Source: a virus (Duplodnaviria > Heunggongvirae > Uroviricota > Caudoviricetes). Taken from it: DNA of 30,734 nucleotides. Position 1 is the stretch's first letter. Every line of letters starts with the position of its first letter. Below are positions 9,264 through 19,480 of this stretch, piece after piece. The translations under genes were made by a program, and so were the position numbers. The DNA lies in IMG/VR virus record IMGVR_UViG_2879765931_000001. The stretch is one strand, 5' to 3'. The notes beneath the pieces are model-generated. The model did not search any database, was not told the origin of the DNA, and was given only the letters and a program-made list of their open reading frames with translations.

Positions 9264-9905
9264 TCAGCGACCAATCACCACAACCTGACCACCATCCCCT
9301 TCGTCTGCCGTGCTGATCTCCTGAGATACCACCCGCGACCCCACGCGCATTTCACCGTACAGAACAGGCAGAACATTGCCCTGGGCAACCATGTTATCCA
9401 GTGAGGAGAAACAGGTGTTCTGTTTGCCGTTATCCGTTGTCTGTGTACGGGGAGTTCTGGCTTTCGGTGCCAGCATCTGTGCAACACCGCCAAGCGTCAT
9501 ACTGGCACCGAGAGAAAACAGCAGATTACTCGCCATAATTCCTACCCCCGGCATCCATATAGCAACCGCCATAACAGCTGCCCCCAGCACCGCCTGAAAC
9601 ACACCGCCACTTTTAGCTCCCACCAGACGCGGTACTATGTGGATCACTGCACCATTTGCCAGCGGCTCATTAAGACGGGCAGACAATTCGGTTTCACCTG
9701 CATCACGCCCGGCAATGCGCACCTGATACCAGCCGTCACTCAGTTTCTGACGAAACGCCGGGAGCTGTGTGGCCAGTGCGCGGATGGCTTCAGCCCCCGT
9801 TTTCACACGAAGGTCGATGCGGCGGCCAAATCGTTGCAAATCCCCGTAAAGGCAGATGCGTGCCATTCCCGGTGACGCCAGAGGGAGTGTGTGCGTCGCT
9901 GCCAT
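9264..9905 (-). CDS. I: Tail assembly protein I
   Basis: 213 aa, MAATHTLPLASPGMARICLYGDLQRFGRR... matches lambda gpI; expected position between K and J. Confidence 0.88.
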   Translation of the reverse strand: MAATHTLPLASPGMARICLYGDLQRFGRRIDLRVKTGAEAIRALATQLPAFRQKLSDGWYQVRIAGRDAGETELSARLNEPLANGAVIHIVPRLVGAKSGGVFQAVLGAAVMAVAIWMPGVGIMASNLLFSLGASMTLGGVAQMLAPKARTPRTQTTDNGKQNTCFSSLDNMVAQGNVLPVLYGEMRVGSRVVSQEISTADEGDGGQVVVIGR

Positions 9906-10546
9906 TTGTCGGTATACCTCTCTCGTTTACTCAGTTGTTCAGGAATATGGTGCAGCAGCTCACCATCGCCGCAGTAAATGGCGGCATGATTCGGCACCGA
10001 TGAACCAAAACAGCACAGCAGCACATCGCCCGGTTGTGCTGATGACAACGGCACCTGATACAGCCCTGTGGCCTCCAGATTATCCAGATAGAGATTCTGA
10101 CCGTGACGCCACCAGTCATCCCCGCGATGAAAATCCGGCATCTCAATCCCCGCCAGATGATAAGCATCCCGGAACAGCGTGTAACAGTCCGTCACCCCGT
10201 GCTCAAAGCGCCGCCCGGTGAGATGCGGCACACAGCGGAACTTGTGAATCGCCCCCCGGCAGACCAGCCACCACGGCAAATCACTCTGCACCTGCAGCCG
10301 CCGGTCAGCCTCACTCAGCCAGGGCAGACCACCGGGATGACTGTGGACCAGTGCCACAATCTCACCCTGCATTTGTGCCCGCAGCCAGTCCTCCGGAGCC
10401 ATCCGGAACCGTTCCTCCGGCTCACCGGAGATATTCTCGCTGGGAAGATACCTGTCTCCCTCCGGCGTTCTCACCACGAAGCCACACGACTCCGCTGGCG
10501 CACATCGCCGGGCGTGCGCCAGAATCGCTGATTCTGTCTGTGTCAT
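9803..10546 (-). CDS. K: Tail assembly protein K (MPN/JAB plus NlpC/P60-like)
   Basis: Starts MTQTESAILAHARRCAPAESCGF at ATG 10546 (internal Met of the longer track ORF) and contains HSHPGG; matches lambda gpK. Confidence 0.88.
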   Translation of the reverse strand: MTQTESAILAHARRCAPAESCGFVVRTPEGDRYLPSENISGEPEERFRMAPEDWLRAQMQGEIVALVHSHPGGLPWLSEADRRLQVQSDLPWWLVCRGAIHKFRCVPHLTGRRFEHGVTDCYTLFRDAYHLAGIEMPDFHRGDDWWRHGQNLYLDNLEATGLYQVPLSSAQPGDVLLCCFGSSVPNHAAIYCGDGELLHHIPEQLSKRERYTDKWQRRTHSLWRHREWHASAFTGICNDLAAASTFV

Positions 10547-10550
10547 GGAT

Positions 10551-11249
10551 TTACTGAGAAAGTTTATTGATGGAAAGGAAACCGCCGAAATTACCGGTAT
10601 TGTTGCGCAACTCACACCCGCGCATACACTTGCTGCATTTGTCCTTCCGGATATCCGTTGTTGGTTTGTCGAACTCGTCAGCCACTGCCCTGCCCGTGTA
10701 ACCACACTCATCAGAACGGTAAGTCCACATACAGGTATTCGCCAGCATGATACGCCCCGGGAAAACCGCGCCATCCGTCTCCGTTGGTGTGGCCAGCACA
10801 AAAGAGGCACTGACCGCGCTCAGTTCGCTGCACTGCTCGATGCGCCAGCGGCTGATCACCTCCTGTTCCGGATCGGCGTCGCTGTTTCCGTTGACGAAGT
10901 TCACCGCATCCAGAAAACGGGCGTAAACCTTACGCCGGACCACCGTTCCGCCGACCAGACTCTGCAGATCTTCCGCCATCCCGGTGACCATGCCGTGCAG
11001 GTTAGAGACCGTCAGTGTCGGACGGGCAGCACAGCCCCTGCCGTTCAGTTCAAACCCCGACCCCTGAATGGGGTATGCCTGATACTGCCGCCCCTGCCAG
11101 GTGACCGGCTCACCTTTTTCGTTCTGCTCATTACAGAAAAAATAACGCTCACCACCGACCTCTGTCAGATCGATTTCCCAGAGCTCCACCCGGGCTGACT
11201 GCTCCGCACGGGTGCATTCATTCAGTGTTTCCTGCCGGATATCCTGCAT
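10551..11249 (-). CDS. L: Minor tail (tail tip) protein L
   Basis: 232 aa beginning MQDIRQETLNECTRAEQSARVELWEIDLTE..., matching lambda gpL. Confidence 0.9.
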   Translation of the reverse strand: MQDIRQETLNECTRAEQSARVELWEIDLTEVGGERYFFCNEQNEKGEPVTWQGRQYQAYPIQGSGFELNGRGCAARPTLTVSNLHGMVTGMAEDLQSLVGGTVVRRKVYARFLDAVNFVNGNSDADPEQEVISRWRIEQCSELSAVSASFVLATPTETDGAVFPGRIMLANTCMWTYRSDECGYTGRAVADEFDKPTTDIRKDKCSKCMRGCELRNNTGNFGGFLSINKLSQ

Positions 11250-11578
11250 CAGTTCACCACCTGTTCAAAATCGGCCGTTACAGTCACCCATAACGCCCCC
11301 ACGCTTGCCGACCATTTACGACAAACCACCCTGATCAGTTTCCAGTCATAAGGTGGCGTCCACTGAAATGCGCGGACGCCACCGTGCCGTTCCAGAAAGG
11401 CTTTTAAAGATGGGTGTTCACCTTTACGAACACGTATCGTCACGCTGTAAGTCGACAACTGGTTATTCAGTCCCGCCGCACGACGCTGTTCATAACCATC
11501 GCCCAGCTTCACTGTCACCACTTTCGGCTCTGATACCACATTCATATCCGGGCGCACTTTCCAGTGAAACGTCTCCAT
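11249..11578 (-). CDS. M: Minor tail protein M
   Basis: 109 aa METFHWKVRPDMNVVSEPKVV..., matching lambda gpM; ATG confirmed at 11578. Confidence 0.9.
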   Translation of the reverse strand: METFHWKVRPDMNVVSEPKVVTVKLGDGYEQRRAAGLNNQLSTYSVTIRVRKGEHPSLKAFLERHGGVRAFQWTPPYDWKLIRVVCRKWSASVGALWVTVTADFEQVVN

Positions 11579-14317
11579 TACCGGTATGCTCCACTTAACC
11601 GGCCACCATCACGGGCCTGCTGTTGCATAAAGTCCGCGGCCGCTTTTTTCCCGAGGTCATAAACCACCTTCAGGGCAGCCGGACCTATCTGCCCGTTCGT
11701 GCCGTCGTTATTGATCTCAATGTTGTACTGCGGGGCAAACATCACCATGCCTGAACCACCAGTATCCGCCACAACCCCCAGCTTACCATCAGCACCGCGA
11801 CGCAGTGGCAGAATGGCTTCAGGTCCCGCTTCCCCCATCACACCCGCGCCTTTTGCAAAAGCAAAAAACGTCGGACGGTTAACCACCGTGCCACTGTAGC
11901 GACTCAAATCAGCAGACTGGTAAACACCGCCATCAGCATTAGTCGTGAAGCCGAATAAAGAACCGACGCCCTTTACCGCCTGCATCATGGCCATCTGTGC
12001 CATAATTCTGGCCATATCTGACAACAGGGAAGAGGTGAAGGATTTAAAATTCAGCTTACCGGTGGTACAGAATGTCGCCAGTGCATTACCGGCACTGCTG
12101 AATGCCACTGTAAACATCTGTTCTGCCGTTCCCGCCGCATTATCCGCATCCGCCGTAAAATTCTGAAACGCCCGCATGGCACCGTTTTTCCAGTCGCCCT
12201 GCGCCACTTCCAGTTCCTGCCAGTAGCGTTTGTTTTCATTCAGTTGTCGCTTCAGGCTCCCCTTCAGCACCTCCTCAGCCCTCCGGTAGTCCTCCGTCCC
12301 GTAAGTGCCTTTCTGGCGACTGTCATTCTCAAGCTGTTGCAACTGTTGCCGGTATTCCTGCCGGATGCGCAACTGTGCCTGGTAGCGCTGCCGCTGCTTA
12401 TCCCCCATACCTGCAGTGGCAATATCCAGATTGTGCTGCTCACGCAGTGCACGTTCTTTGTCTGCCAGCTGGCTGGTCAGCTGAACCGTTTTTTTTTCTC
12501 AGGTCGTTAAGCGCTGTCTGTTTCTGCAGCTCCTGCTGTTTCACATCCAGCAGCGTCAGCGCCTGAATCAGCTCATTCTTACGGGCCAGCACACTCTTTT
12601 CATCTGCCGTCAGCTTTTTCCCGTCCAGGTCGCTGATGCGCTGCTGCAGGGCCAGAAGCTGTTTATGCGCTTCAGTCATCCTTTCAGTGGCAATGCCTGC
12701 TGACTGTCTGGCAGCAGCAATCTGCCCTTCCACCTGTGCCTGCTGCTGACTGTACTGCAGCAATAACCGGGTGGCCTCATCATTACGGGTTGCCCGTGTA
12801 TTTTTCTTAATGGCTTTTTCGTAACGTTCATTTTCACGCTGTATCGCCGCATCCCTGACAGCCTGGTCGGCGTACTGCATGGCATTAATACGCGCAATTT
12901 CCCGCTGATGTCGTGCAGCTTCCGTTTCATTCATCCGGTTCAGCGCGGCATTTTCAGCATTCCGGCGTTTCTGTTGCTCCTGGTAATTCCGTTCTGCCTG
13001 CGCTTTTGCATCCTGCAAATCCTTCCGGCGTTTTTTCTCCTGAAGATCGTTAAGACGCTGCTGATCGTACTCCACCTGTGTGGAGGCGTTTGTCCACGGA
13101 TATTTTTTCGCGCGCTGAATTTTTTCCTGTAACGCATCAATCTGCGCATCCAGCGAGTCTTCACGACCAATATTCATGGCCGCATCCCAGAACTGCTTCC
13201 ACCAGTCAGACAAGGTTTGCAGCGTACTACCCAGCGCATTGAGATTATTATCAATATCAGATGTGCGTTTACCGGTTTCCTCTGCCAGCGCAGACATGGC
13301 GATCCGGGCCGCATCACTGGACCGCCCCTGCTCCCCAAGGACGCGTATCTGCTCAAGCTGAGTGGCATTCAAAAAATGCAGCGCATTGTCCAGCGCCTTC
13401 GCGGCATTTACAGGATCATCCTTCAGCCGCTTAAACTGATTTATGGTATCGCTGACCGACTGGCCAACCGATCGCTCCATCTGTGCGGCAGCTTTCGCCA
13501 CCATACCAATATCGTTTCCATGAAATGCCCCACTGCCCACCACCTGTGCCAGCGCACCGGCTGCCGCATGTTGCGTGATACCATTCCCGGATATGGCCCG
13601 GCTGAGTTTCCACAACTGCCCGACAGTGACACCGGCATAATGTCCCGTCAGCGCCAGCTGACGGTTAAATTTCTCGCCCTCCTTCCGGCCGTCATGCCAG
13701 GCTTTACCCAGACCCAGGACCGCCGCGACAAGTCCGCCAATAACGCCGCCAGTCATCATGCCTTTCGGCGACATCAGTGCGCCTGTCCATCCGGCACGGT
13801 TAGCCAGCGTTATCCCGGATCCCCTCAGCGCACCAAAATTGCCGCGCGCCATCTGACTGATTAACACCCCCAGCTCCCGCCGGGCTGCCGCACTTTTCAG
13901 CCCCAGCGAATGTGTGGCTTTTCCTGCCCGCTCCATTTTGCGGATATACACTTCTGCAGCACTGCTTACCCCCAGCTGAGCCGCCCTGGCCTGCGCCTGT
14001 TCCTCGCGCATTTTCTGATTCAGGGCATCCACGCGCAGACGGGTTTGTTCCACCTCACGGGCCATGCGTTCATGAGCCCGTGCATTCTTCTCCACCGTCT
14101 GCGCATGGGCTGATGCTGCTGTTGCAGCCGAAGAAGCCGCCTGCATTGTCTGCCGGGCCGCCTGAGTCTGACGCTCCATAAAACGCTGCATACGGGCAGA
14201 AGACCGTTCTGCATCGCTGGCTGCACCATTCAGAAGGTTTTTGATACGGGGAATTTCATTTTTAAACTCTGCCGCATCAATCCCCAAATCAATGACCAGG
14301 TTGGCTATCTGGTCCAT
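11578..14317 (-). pseudogene. H: Tail tape measure protein H, interrupted by a frameshift in a 9-nt homopolymer
   Basis: N-terminal ORF (12440-14347; likely ATG at 14317 with GGAGGTG RBS) and C-terminal ORF (11578-12408, ending ...GQIGPAALKVVYDLGKKAAADFMQQQARDGGRLSGAYR like lambda H) are in different frames; the switch is at plus 12489-12497 (T9 / A9 on the coding strand); removing one A restores a continuous reading frame. Confidence 0.82.
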
Positions 14318-15013
14318 AACGCACACCTCCGGAAATACCTTCCCCAAGATGCATCAGTTCTTCGTCCGTTCGCTCCGGTATCCCGTTCTCTTCCGGTAAA
14401 AGGCTGAAATCAGCCACCGCAGCATCGCTGCTGCCGGACACCATTCTCACGATCAATGCCTTCAGCGAGGCAAACTGCGCATCCATCCACACATCACTGA
14501 AGCTCTGCATCCGGAAATAATCGCCCCACTCACCAAGCTCAGTGGCCGACATATCCGACAGCATCCGCCGCCAGTCTGCCCGCCGGAACTCCCGGGCAAG
14601 CCGCATGACAAACTGCATTTCCCGCGTCAGGACTTTTCCGGCGTCAGCGCCTCATGATCATCATCCCCGGCATTCTCAATGGTCCCCATACCGCTCAGCG
14701 ACAGAACCCTCTCCGCCCCCGCGCCCAGCGCATCATACGACCATGTTGTCATAATGGATGCGCAAAGCGTCTCAACATCCTGAGACTGCTCAGCATTCCA
14801 CAGTGAGCGGGAAACCAGCCAGGCATTGATATCCATTCCCATACGCAGAAAAGCAATCTGTCGTTCAGCCTCCGGCAGTTCTCCCTCCTGTGCATCAAAC
14901 TTTGCCGTTCGCTGCTGAACAAACGTCAGATATTCAATTCTCTGCAGCCCGGACAGCTCACTGAGCACCACGGACTGTTTTTCATAATTAAACGTATCCT
15001 GTTTCAGAAACAT
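14289..15013 (-). CDS. T: Tail assembly chaperone G-T fusion (inferred -1 programmed frameshift near the 3' end of G; T frame 14289-14651)
   Basis: The T frame is open from 14651 and overlaps the last 8 codons of G; the only slip-prone stretch in the overlap is CCGGAAAAG, at the position where lambda has GGGAAAG; conserved G/T arrangement of lambdoid phages. Confidence 0.6.
14627..15013 (-). CDS. G: Tail assembly chaperone G
   Basis: MFLKQDTFNYEKQSVVLSELSGLQRIEYL... resembles lambda gpG; ATG at 15013. Confidence 0.85.
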   Translation of the reverse strand: MFLKQDTFNYEKQSVVLSELSGLQRIEYLTFVQQRTAKFDAQEGELPEAERQIAFLRMGMDINAWLVSRSLWNAEQSQDVETLCASIMTTWSYDALGAGAERVLSLSGMGTIENAGDDDHEALTPEKS

Positions 15014-15071
15014 CATGTTCTCCGGATGCAAAAAGCCCCGGATAACCGGGGCAATGATGAGTATCGTCCTG

Positions 15072-15812
15072 TTATGGTGCGCTGACGGTCACCGCAGCCA
15101 CTGCCACAAACTCTCCGTCAGAGGTCATGCCCACGATGCTGACACTGCCCTGCTTCACGCCTTTCACCGTGGCCACAAGCCCGCTCAGGGTCACCGAAGC
15201 AGTCTGAGGATCTGACGAATGCACACTGATCGCTTTGTCACTGGCCCCGTCAGGTTTTACTGTAAAGGTCAGTGTGGTGGTTGCTCCCGCTTTGACACTG
15301 ACAGATGCCGGTGCCACCGTCAGTCCGGTAACACCCACGGTTTCAGTGCCTTCCTCTGCCAGATACGGACGCCCCACACCGCTGATTTTCACAGTGCGGG
15401 TCATCACGTCTTTTGAGGCAATGGTTTTACCCAGTGAGCTCAGCCAGCCGCGGAAAACATCAACAGTGCCGTTGGGATATTTGATACGAAACGCGCAGAC
15501 TTCACCGGAGTCGAACAACTGAACCAGTTTTTTCTGCCCGCTGTCACCCGGACGCCAGGCCAGCGTCGCCGAAGTATCACCAACGGATTTCTGCCCCTGG
15601 GTTGTCGTTTTCCAGTCTGCATCTTCATCATCAAGATAAGTGTCATCTTCTGCATCAGCGGTCATTTCGCCAGGTTGCAGATCCTTCACCATCGCAAGAC
15701 GCAGCCAGTCAGTGTCCGACAAAGGGTTCGCAAACGCATCGCCGTTGCCGGTATACATCCAGAACGTCGTCCCCGCACCTTTCGTCTTTGCCAGTGGATT
15801 TGGTGTGGTCAT
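15072..15812 (-). CDS. V: Major tail protein V
   Basis: 246 aa from ATG 15812 (AAGGAGG RBS); MTTPNPLAKTKGAGTTFWMYTG...DDEDADW...NGTVDVFRGW matches lambda gpV, with a C-terminal Ig-like region. Confidence 0.92.
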   Translation of the reverse strand: MTTPNPLAKTKGAGTTFWMYTGNGDAFANPLSDTDWLRLAMVKDLQPGEMTADAEDDTYLDDEDADWKTTTQGQKSVGDTSATLAWRPGDSGQKKLVQLFDSGEVCAFRIKYPNGTVDVFRGWLSSLGKTIASKDVMTRTVKISGVGRPYLAEEGTETVGVTGLTVAPASVSVKAGATTTLTFTVKPDGASDKAISVHSSDPQTASVTLSGLVATVKGVKQGSVSIVGMTSDGEFVAVAAVTVSAP

Positions 15813-15822
15813 TACCACCTCC

Positions 15823-16224
15823 TTAATTCGTGTACGTGATCTGGTACGTGATTTCCGCCATCGCCCAGGTAGCCATCTCATTATCACGTTGATAGTTAAA
15901 ACCGAGTGGGTTCAGGGTGTCGATGAGTCCGGAAAGTGCCGGTACATCATTCAGGGCCGGGAAAATGGTGCTCTCCATCCACATATCCAGCTCTGAATCC
16001 GGTGCCTGTGCCCGGATGAAGACGGCAATATGCAGAACAGCCTGCCAGTCATCTTCATCCGTCATTTTTCCGGTGTACTGAGCATCACTCAGCCACACCG
16101 CCACGGCAGGCAGTTCCTGCGCATCAATAAATGCCGGAAGCCCGTCAAAAAACGTGGCGCTGTCTCCACACTGTTCCCGAAGGCGTGCCAGCACGCTCTG
16201 ACGGATTTGTGTGTGTCGGTTCAT
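15823..16224 (-). CDS. U: Minor tail protein U (tail terminator)
   Basis: 133 aa; ...ATFFDG.PA..D...PAVAV... and ...DSELD.WMES.I.P... match lambda gpU. Confidence 0.9.
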   Translation of the reverse strand: MNRHTQIRQSVLARLREQCGDSATFFDGLPAFIDAQELPAVAVWLSDAQYTGKMTDEDDWQAVLHIAVFIRAQAPDSELDMWMESTIFPALNDVPALSGLIDTLNPLGFNYQRDNEMATWAMAEITYQITYTN

Positions 16225-16808
16225 TTACTCAGATGTAACCTCAGTTGTTGTTTCAGGGCATACCCCAGCTGTTTCGGCATTTCCGCAGCAATGATGCGGT
16301 CGCGGGCATCTTCAAATGCCTGTGTCAGCGGTCCGGACATCGGGATTTTCACCACATCAATGGGGTAACGATTTTTGCCGTCAATACGCCGCATCACATG
16401 CCAGCGACCATTCGCCAGTTGCTGAATAAACGCATCCCGGAAAAGGTATTTCCCCACTTTCAGTACGCTGCCACGATGACGTGAGTTGCTGCCATGCCGG
16501 GAGCGGGCCAGTCTGACCTGTGCGGTACCCAGCTTAATGGCGGGCAGGTTACCCCGGTTAACACGCATGCGGGCATACATTTTTCCTGAGGGGCTGGCTT
16601 TAAGCAGCCTGACACGCTCCCTGACCGTTTTCAGGGGAATACCTTTCACCTGGTTATCCCCGGCAACGGTATTCTGCGCAACCTGCCGTGTGGCGACAGA
16701 AACAATCTTTGCCGCCACACGGTTTACCGCCCATGCGCTGGTCTGTGGCACCATGCGGGTATCGAGGCTGTTCAGATTGCGGATGGCATTCTCAAGTCCC
16801 TTCATCAT
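16221..16808 (-). CDS. Z: Tail completion protein Z
   Basis: 195 aa in the gpZ position between FII and U, overlapping U by 4 nt; assigned mainly by size and synteny. Confidence 0.85.
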   Translation of the reverse strand: MMKGLENAIRNLNSLDTRMVPQTSAWAVNRVAAKIVSVATRQVAQNTVAGDNQVKGIPLKTVRERVRLLKASPSGKMYARMRVNRGNLPAIKLGTAQVRLARSRHGSNSRHRGSVLKVGKYLFRDAFIQQLANGRWHVMRRIDGKNRYPIDVVKIPMSGPLTQAFEDARDRIIAAEMPKQLGYALKQQLRLHLSK

Positions 16809-17169
16809 ATCGCCTCATTCTGGCATTATTCTGTGGGGCAGGACTGCCCCGCCTTAACCGGATATAACAGCATCCCCCGTCATCCGGAGTAATACGATCC
16901 ACAAAGAAAGAATCATCCCCGATAGTTAACGTATCCTGACGGCGTAACTGCGATATATCTGCCGTTTTCACAAACAGGCACGGTGAGGAATCCTCAAGCC
17001 GGATCCCCCCGGCAACAAAAGAAATACTTTCGGGATCATCAAAAACCCCTGTCAGGTGTGTCCCCTCAAGTTCTCCGGACGTAATGACGGCGCTGATCCC
17101 CATATCACGGAGAATGACTTCATTGACACCGGCAAGCGCAGCATCAAACAGATTATCGAAACCGTCCAC
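16792..17169 (-). CDS. FII: Head-tail joining protein FII
   Basis: MDGFDNLFDAALAG...GVFDDPESISF...DTLTIGDDSFFVDRITPDDGG matches lambda gpFII. Confidence 0.85.
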   Translation of the reverse strand: MDGFDNLFDAALAGVNEVILRDMGISAVITSGELEGTHLTGVFDDPESISFVAGGIRLEDSSPCLFVKTADISQLRRQDTLTIGDDSFFVDRITPDDGGCCYIRLRRGSPAPQNNARMRRYDEGT

Positions 17170-17180
17170 GACATCTCCTG

Positions 17181-17567
17181 TTACTGCCTTTTTGCCAGAC
17201 CACCTGCCGCCATGCTGGCAGCCACCTCAGCAGAAACACGAAACGACGTTCCCGGTGAAACAAATATCACTGAACCATTACATTTTGTATGCAGTGTCGC
17301 CAGTGCCACCACCGTAACCTGCCCCGTTTCGTCTCCGGTAACAATGCCTGGCTGTTCAGGAACTGACTCGCCTTTATGCGCGGTCGGATCATCTTTCGAT
17401 GGTGAGTACGTATCCGGCTCTGCGACCTCCCCCGCATCTCCAAGCTCTTCCTCCAGTTCCGCCACTCGCTGCGCAATATCTGCCGCACTACCGGAGACAT
17501 CCGGTTCACGCCCCAGCCTCTCAGCCAGCTCACAAAGACGTTTCAGGTTTTCTTCTTTCGTAGCCAT
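17181..17567 (-). CDS. FI: DNA packaging / head completion protein FI
   Basis: Start at ATG 17567 (MATKEENLKRL..., AGGAG RBS); C-terminal ...VTVVALATLHT...FRVSAEVAASMAAGGLAKRQ matches lambda gpFI. Confidence 0.8.
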   Translation of the reverse strand: MATKEENLKRLCELAERLGREPDVSGSAADIAQRVAELEEELGDAGEVAEPDTYSPSKDDPTAHKGESVPEQPGIVTGDETGQVTVVALATLHTKCNGSVIFVSPGTSFRVSAEVAASMAAGGLAKRQ

Positions 17568-18056
17568 ACCCGCTCCTGATTGAATGAAAAACGGGAGCAT
17601 TTAGCTCCCGCTCACGGATTATTTCACCTGCACCACCACAAACTCATCCGGATCCGGCAGCACCATCAGCGGCGCGGACTGCGTCATGGTGAATTCACGC
17701 GCCGGATCACCCACGGTCAGCCAGTGTTTCGGATAACGGGAAGACGCCACCACGCCTTCAGACAATGCCTGCGCATCCTGAATGGCACCGTAGCAACGAA
17801 TACCCTCTGCGGCCGTATTTCCCAGTACCAGTGTGCCGTCCGGCAGATAACGTTTTTCGGTACCGTCCTCTGCCACATAGGACGTTTTTGCCACCACGAT
17901 TGCCAGATCACCATAATACCCTTTGAAGGACACCACCGCCCCCAGGTCTTTCACTGCCGTTTCCAGCTGTGAATTTGAGCCACGACGGGTATCCAGTTTT
18001 TGGTAATGCTGCCAACTTACTGATTTAGTGTATGATGGTGATTTTAAGGTGCTTGC

Positions 18057-18332
18057 GTGGCTTCCATTTCCATCAGATGTCCTTCCTGCTCCGCTACTGA
18101 AGGCGTGGTGCGTAACGGCAAAAGCACTGCCGGACATCAGCGCTATCTCTGCTCTCATTGCCGTAAAACATGGCAACTACAGTTCACTTACACCGCCTCT
18201 CAGCCCGGTACGCACCAGAAAATCATTGATATGGCCATGAATGGCGTCGGATGTCGCGCCAGTGCACGCATTATGGGCGTTGGCCTCAACACGGTTTTAC
18301 GTCACTTAAAAAACTCAGGCCGCAGTCGGTAA
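18057..18332 (+). CDS. insA: IS1 InsA (transposition inhibitor / DNA-binding protein)
   Basis: 91 aa [43 protein letters not shown]... matches InsA. Confidence 0.92.
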   Translation: MASISIRCPSCSATEGVVRNGKSTAGHQRYLCSHCRKTWQLQFTYTASQPGTHQKIIDMAMNGVGCRASARIMGVGLNTVLRHLKNSGRSR

Positions 18333-18754
18333 CCTCGCGCATACAACCGGGCAGTGATGTGATTGTCTGCGCTGAAATGGACGAACATTGGGGCTACGTC
18401 GGTGCTAAATCACGTCAGCGCTGGCTGTTTTACGCGTATGACAGGATACGGAGGACGGTTGTGGCGCACGTCTTCGGGGAACGCACTCTGGCCACACTGG
18501 AGCGTCTTCTGAGCCTGCTGTCGGCCTTTGAGGTCGTGGTATGGATGACGGATGGCTGGCCGCTGTATGAATCACGCCTGAAGGGAAAGCTGCACGTTAT
18601 CAGCAAGCGTTACACTCAGCGCATTGAGCGACATAATCTGAATCTGAGACAACATCTGGCAAGGCTGGGACGGAAGTCACTGTCGTTCTCAAAATCGGTG
18701 GAGCTGCATGACAAGGTCATCGGGCATTATCTGAACATAAAACACTATCAGTAA
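18251..18754 (+). CDS. insB: IS1 InsB reading frame (expressed as InsAB' transposase via -1 frameshift at the A6C motif 18309-18315)
   Basis: InsB-like translation (...[33 protein letters not shown]...MTDGWPLYE...); TTAAAAAACTC slippery motif at the end of insA. Confidence 0.88.
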   Translation: MSRQCTHYGRWPQHGFTSLKKLRPQSVTSRIQPGSDVIVCAEMDEHWGYVGAKSRQRWLFYAYDRIRRTVVAHVFGERTLATLERLLSLLSAFEVVVWMTDGWPLYESRLKGKLHVISKRYTQRIERHNLNLRQHLARLGRKSLSFSKSVELHDKVIGHYLNIKHYQ

Positions 18755-19480
18755 GTTGGAGTCATTACCCAGTTTTTCGCGGAACAGCTTAAAGCCATTC
18801 AGCAGACGCCAGACCTTACCATCCATAATGGCAATATTGATGGTGCCGGAAGCAAAATCACAGTACGCATCCAGATCATGCGTCGGATCAAAGGTATCGC
18901 GGTCCTGAGCGCTCCACTCCGTCCCTCCTGCCTGCGTAATGTTATTTCCCACCGACCGGCCAAAATCGACCTCAACAGTTTCAAACTGCTCTCCTTCCAT
19001 GGTGTATTTGCCATACAGCACGGCATTCACCGCCTGCATCTCTTCCACCTGGACAATGGCGTGCTCTTCCTGTTTGAGGTTATCGGTGATGATACGCAGG
19101 CGACGGTAAGCCGGGTCGTTCAGCTGGGCCGGATCTTCACCGGGAAGACGCTCCACCGCCTGCTGGTAATTAAATTCGTGTTTCGGCTTAACGTAGCCCG
19201 GGCGCAGTACACGAGTTTCACCGCCACGGTGACGCAACACCTTTCCTTCAACAACCGGGGAGACATAGGCCGCCACCGGCGTTTTTCCGGTAATTTTGTC
19301 CAGCATTACCTCTTCGGTATGGAAATTCACCGTACGGCGGAAAAACAGCTCCAGAAACAGCGCACGAAATTTAACTTTTTGTTCGGTATAACCGAGTAAC
19401 TGGCGGGTCGTAAACAATCCCATAAATCAGTTCCTTTCATTCAGAAATCAGTCAGGCTACCGCAGTGACCTGATAAAATG

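Larger units (their letters stand above)
18002..18769 (+). mobile_element. IS1: IS1 insertion sequence (768 bp) with terminal inverted repeats
   Basis: Left end GGTAATGCTGCCAACTTACTGATTTAGTGTATGATGGTG and right end ...CACTATCAGTAAGTTGGAGTCATTACC; encodes InsA and InsB; flanked by direct repeats (cagttttt 8 bp, or ccagttttt 9 bp depending on the exact end call). Confidence 0.93.
17619..19423 (-). pseudogene. E: Major capsid protein E, disrupted by IS1 insertion
   Basis: N-terminal part (19423 down to about 18770; MGLFTTRQLLGYTEQKVKF...PGYVKPKHE...FREKL) and C-terminal part (about 18001 down to 17619; DTRRGSNSQLETAVKDLG...GDPAREFTMTQSAPLMVLPDPDEFVVVQVK) both match lambda gpE and are separated exactly by the IS1 copy. 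Confidence 0.9.

Noticed and set aside
10545-11198. 217-aa plus-strand ORF
   Set aside because: Antisense to tail gene L.
13217-13864. 215-aa plus-strand ORF
   Set aside because: Antisense to the tape measure gene H and Arg-rich; no supporting signals.
18689-19423. 244-aa ORF as an intact capsid-related protein
   Set aside because: Its C-terminal 27 codons are read-through into the IS1 right end; it is the N-terminal fragment of the IS1-disrupted E gene.
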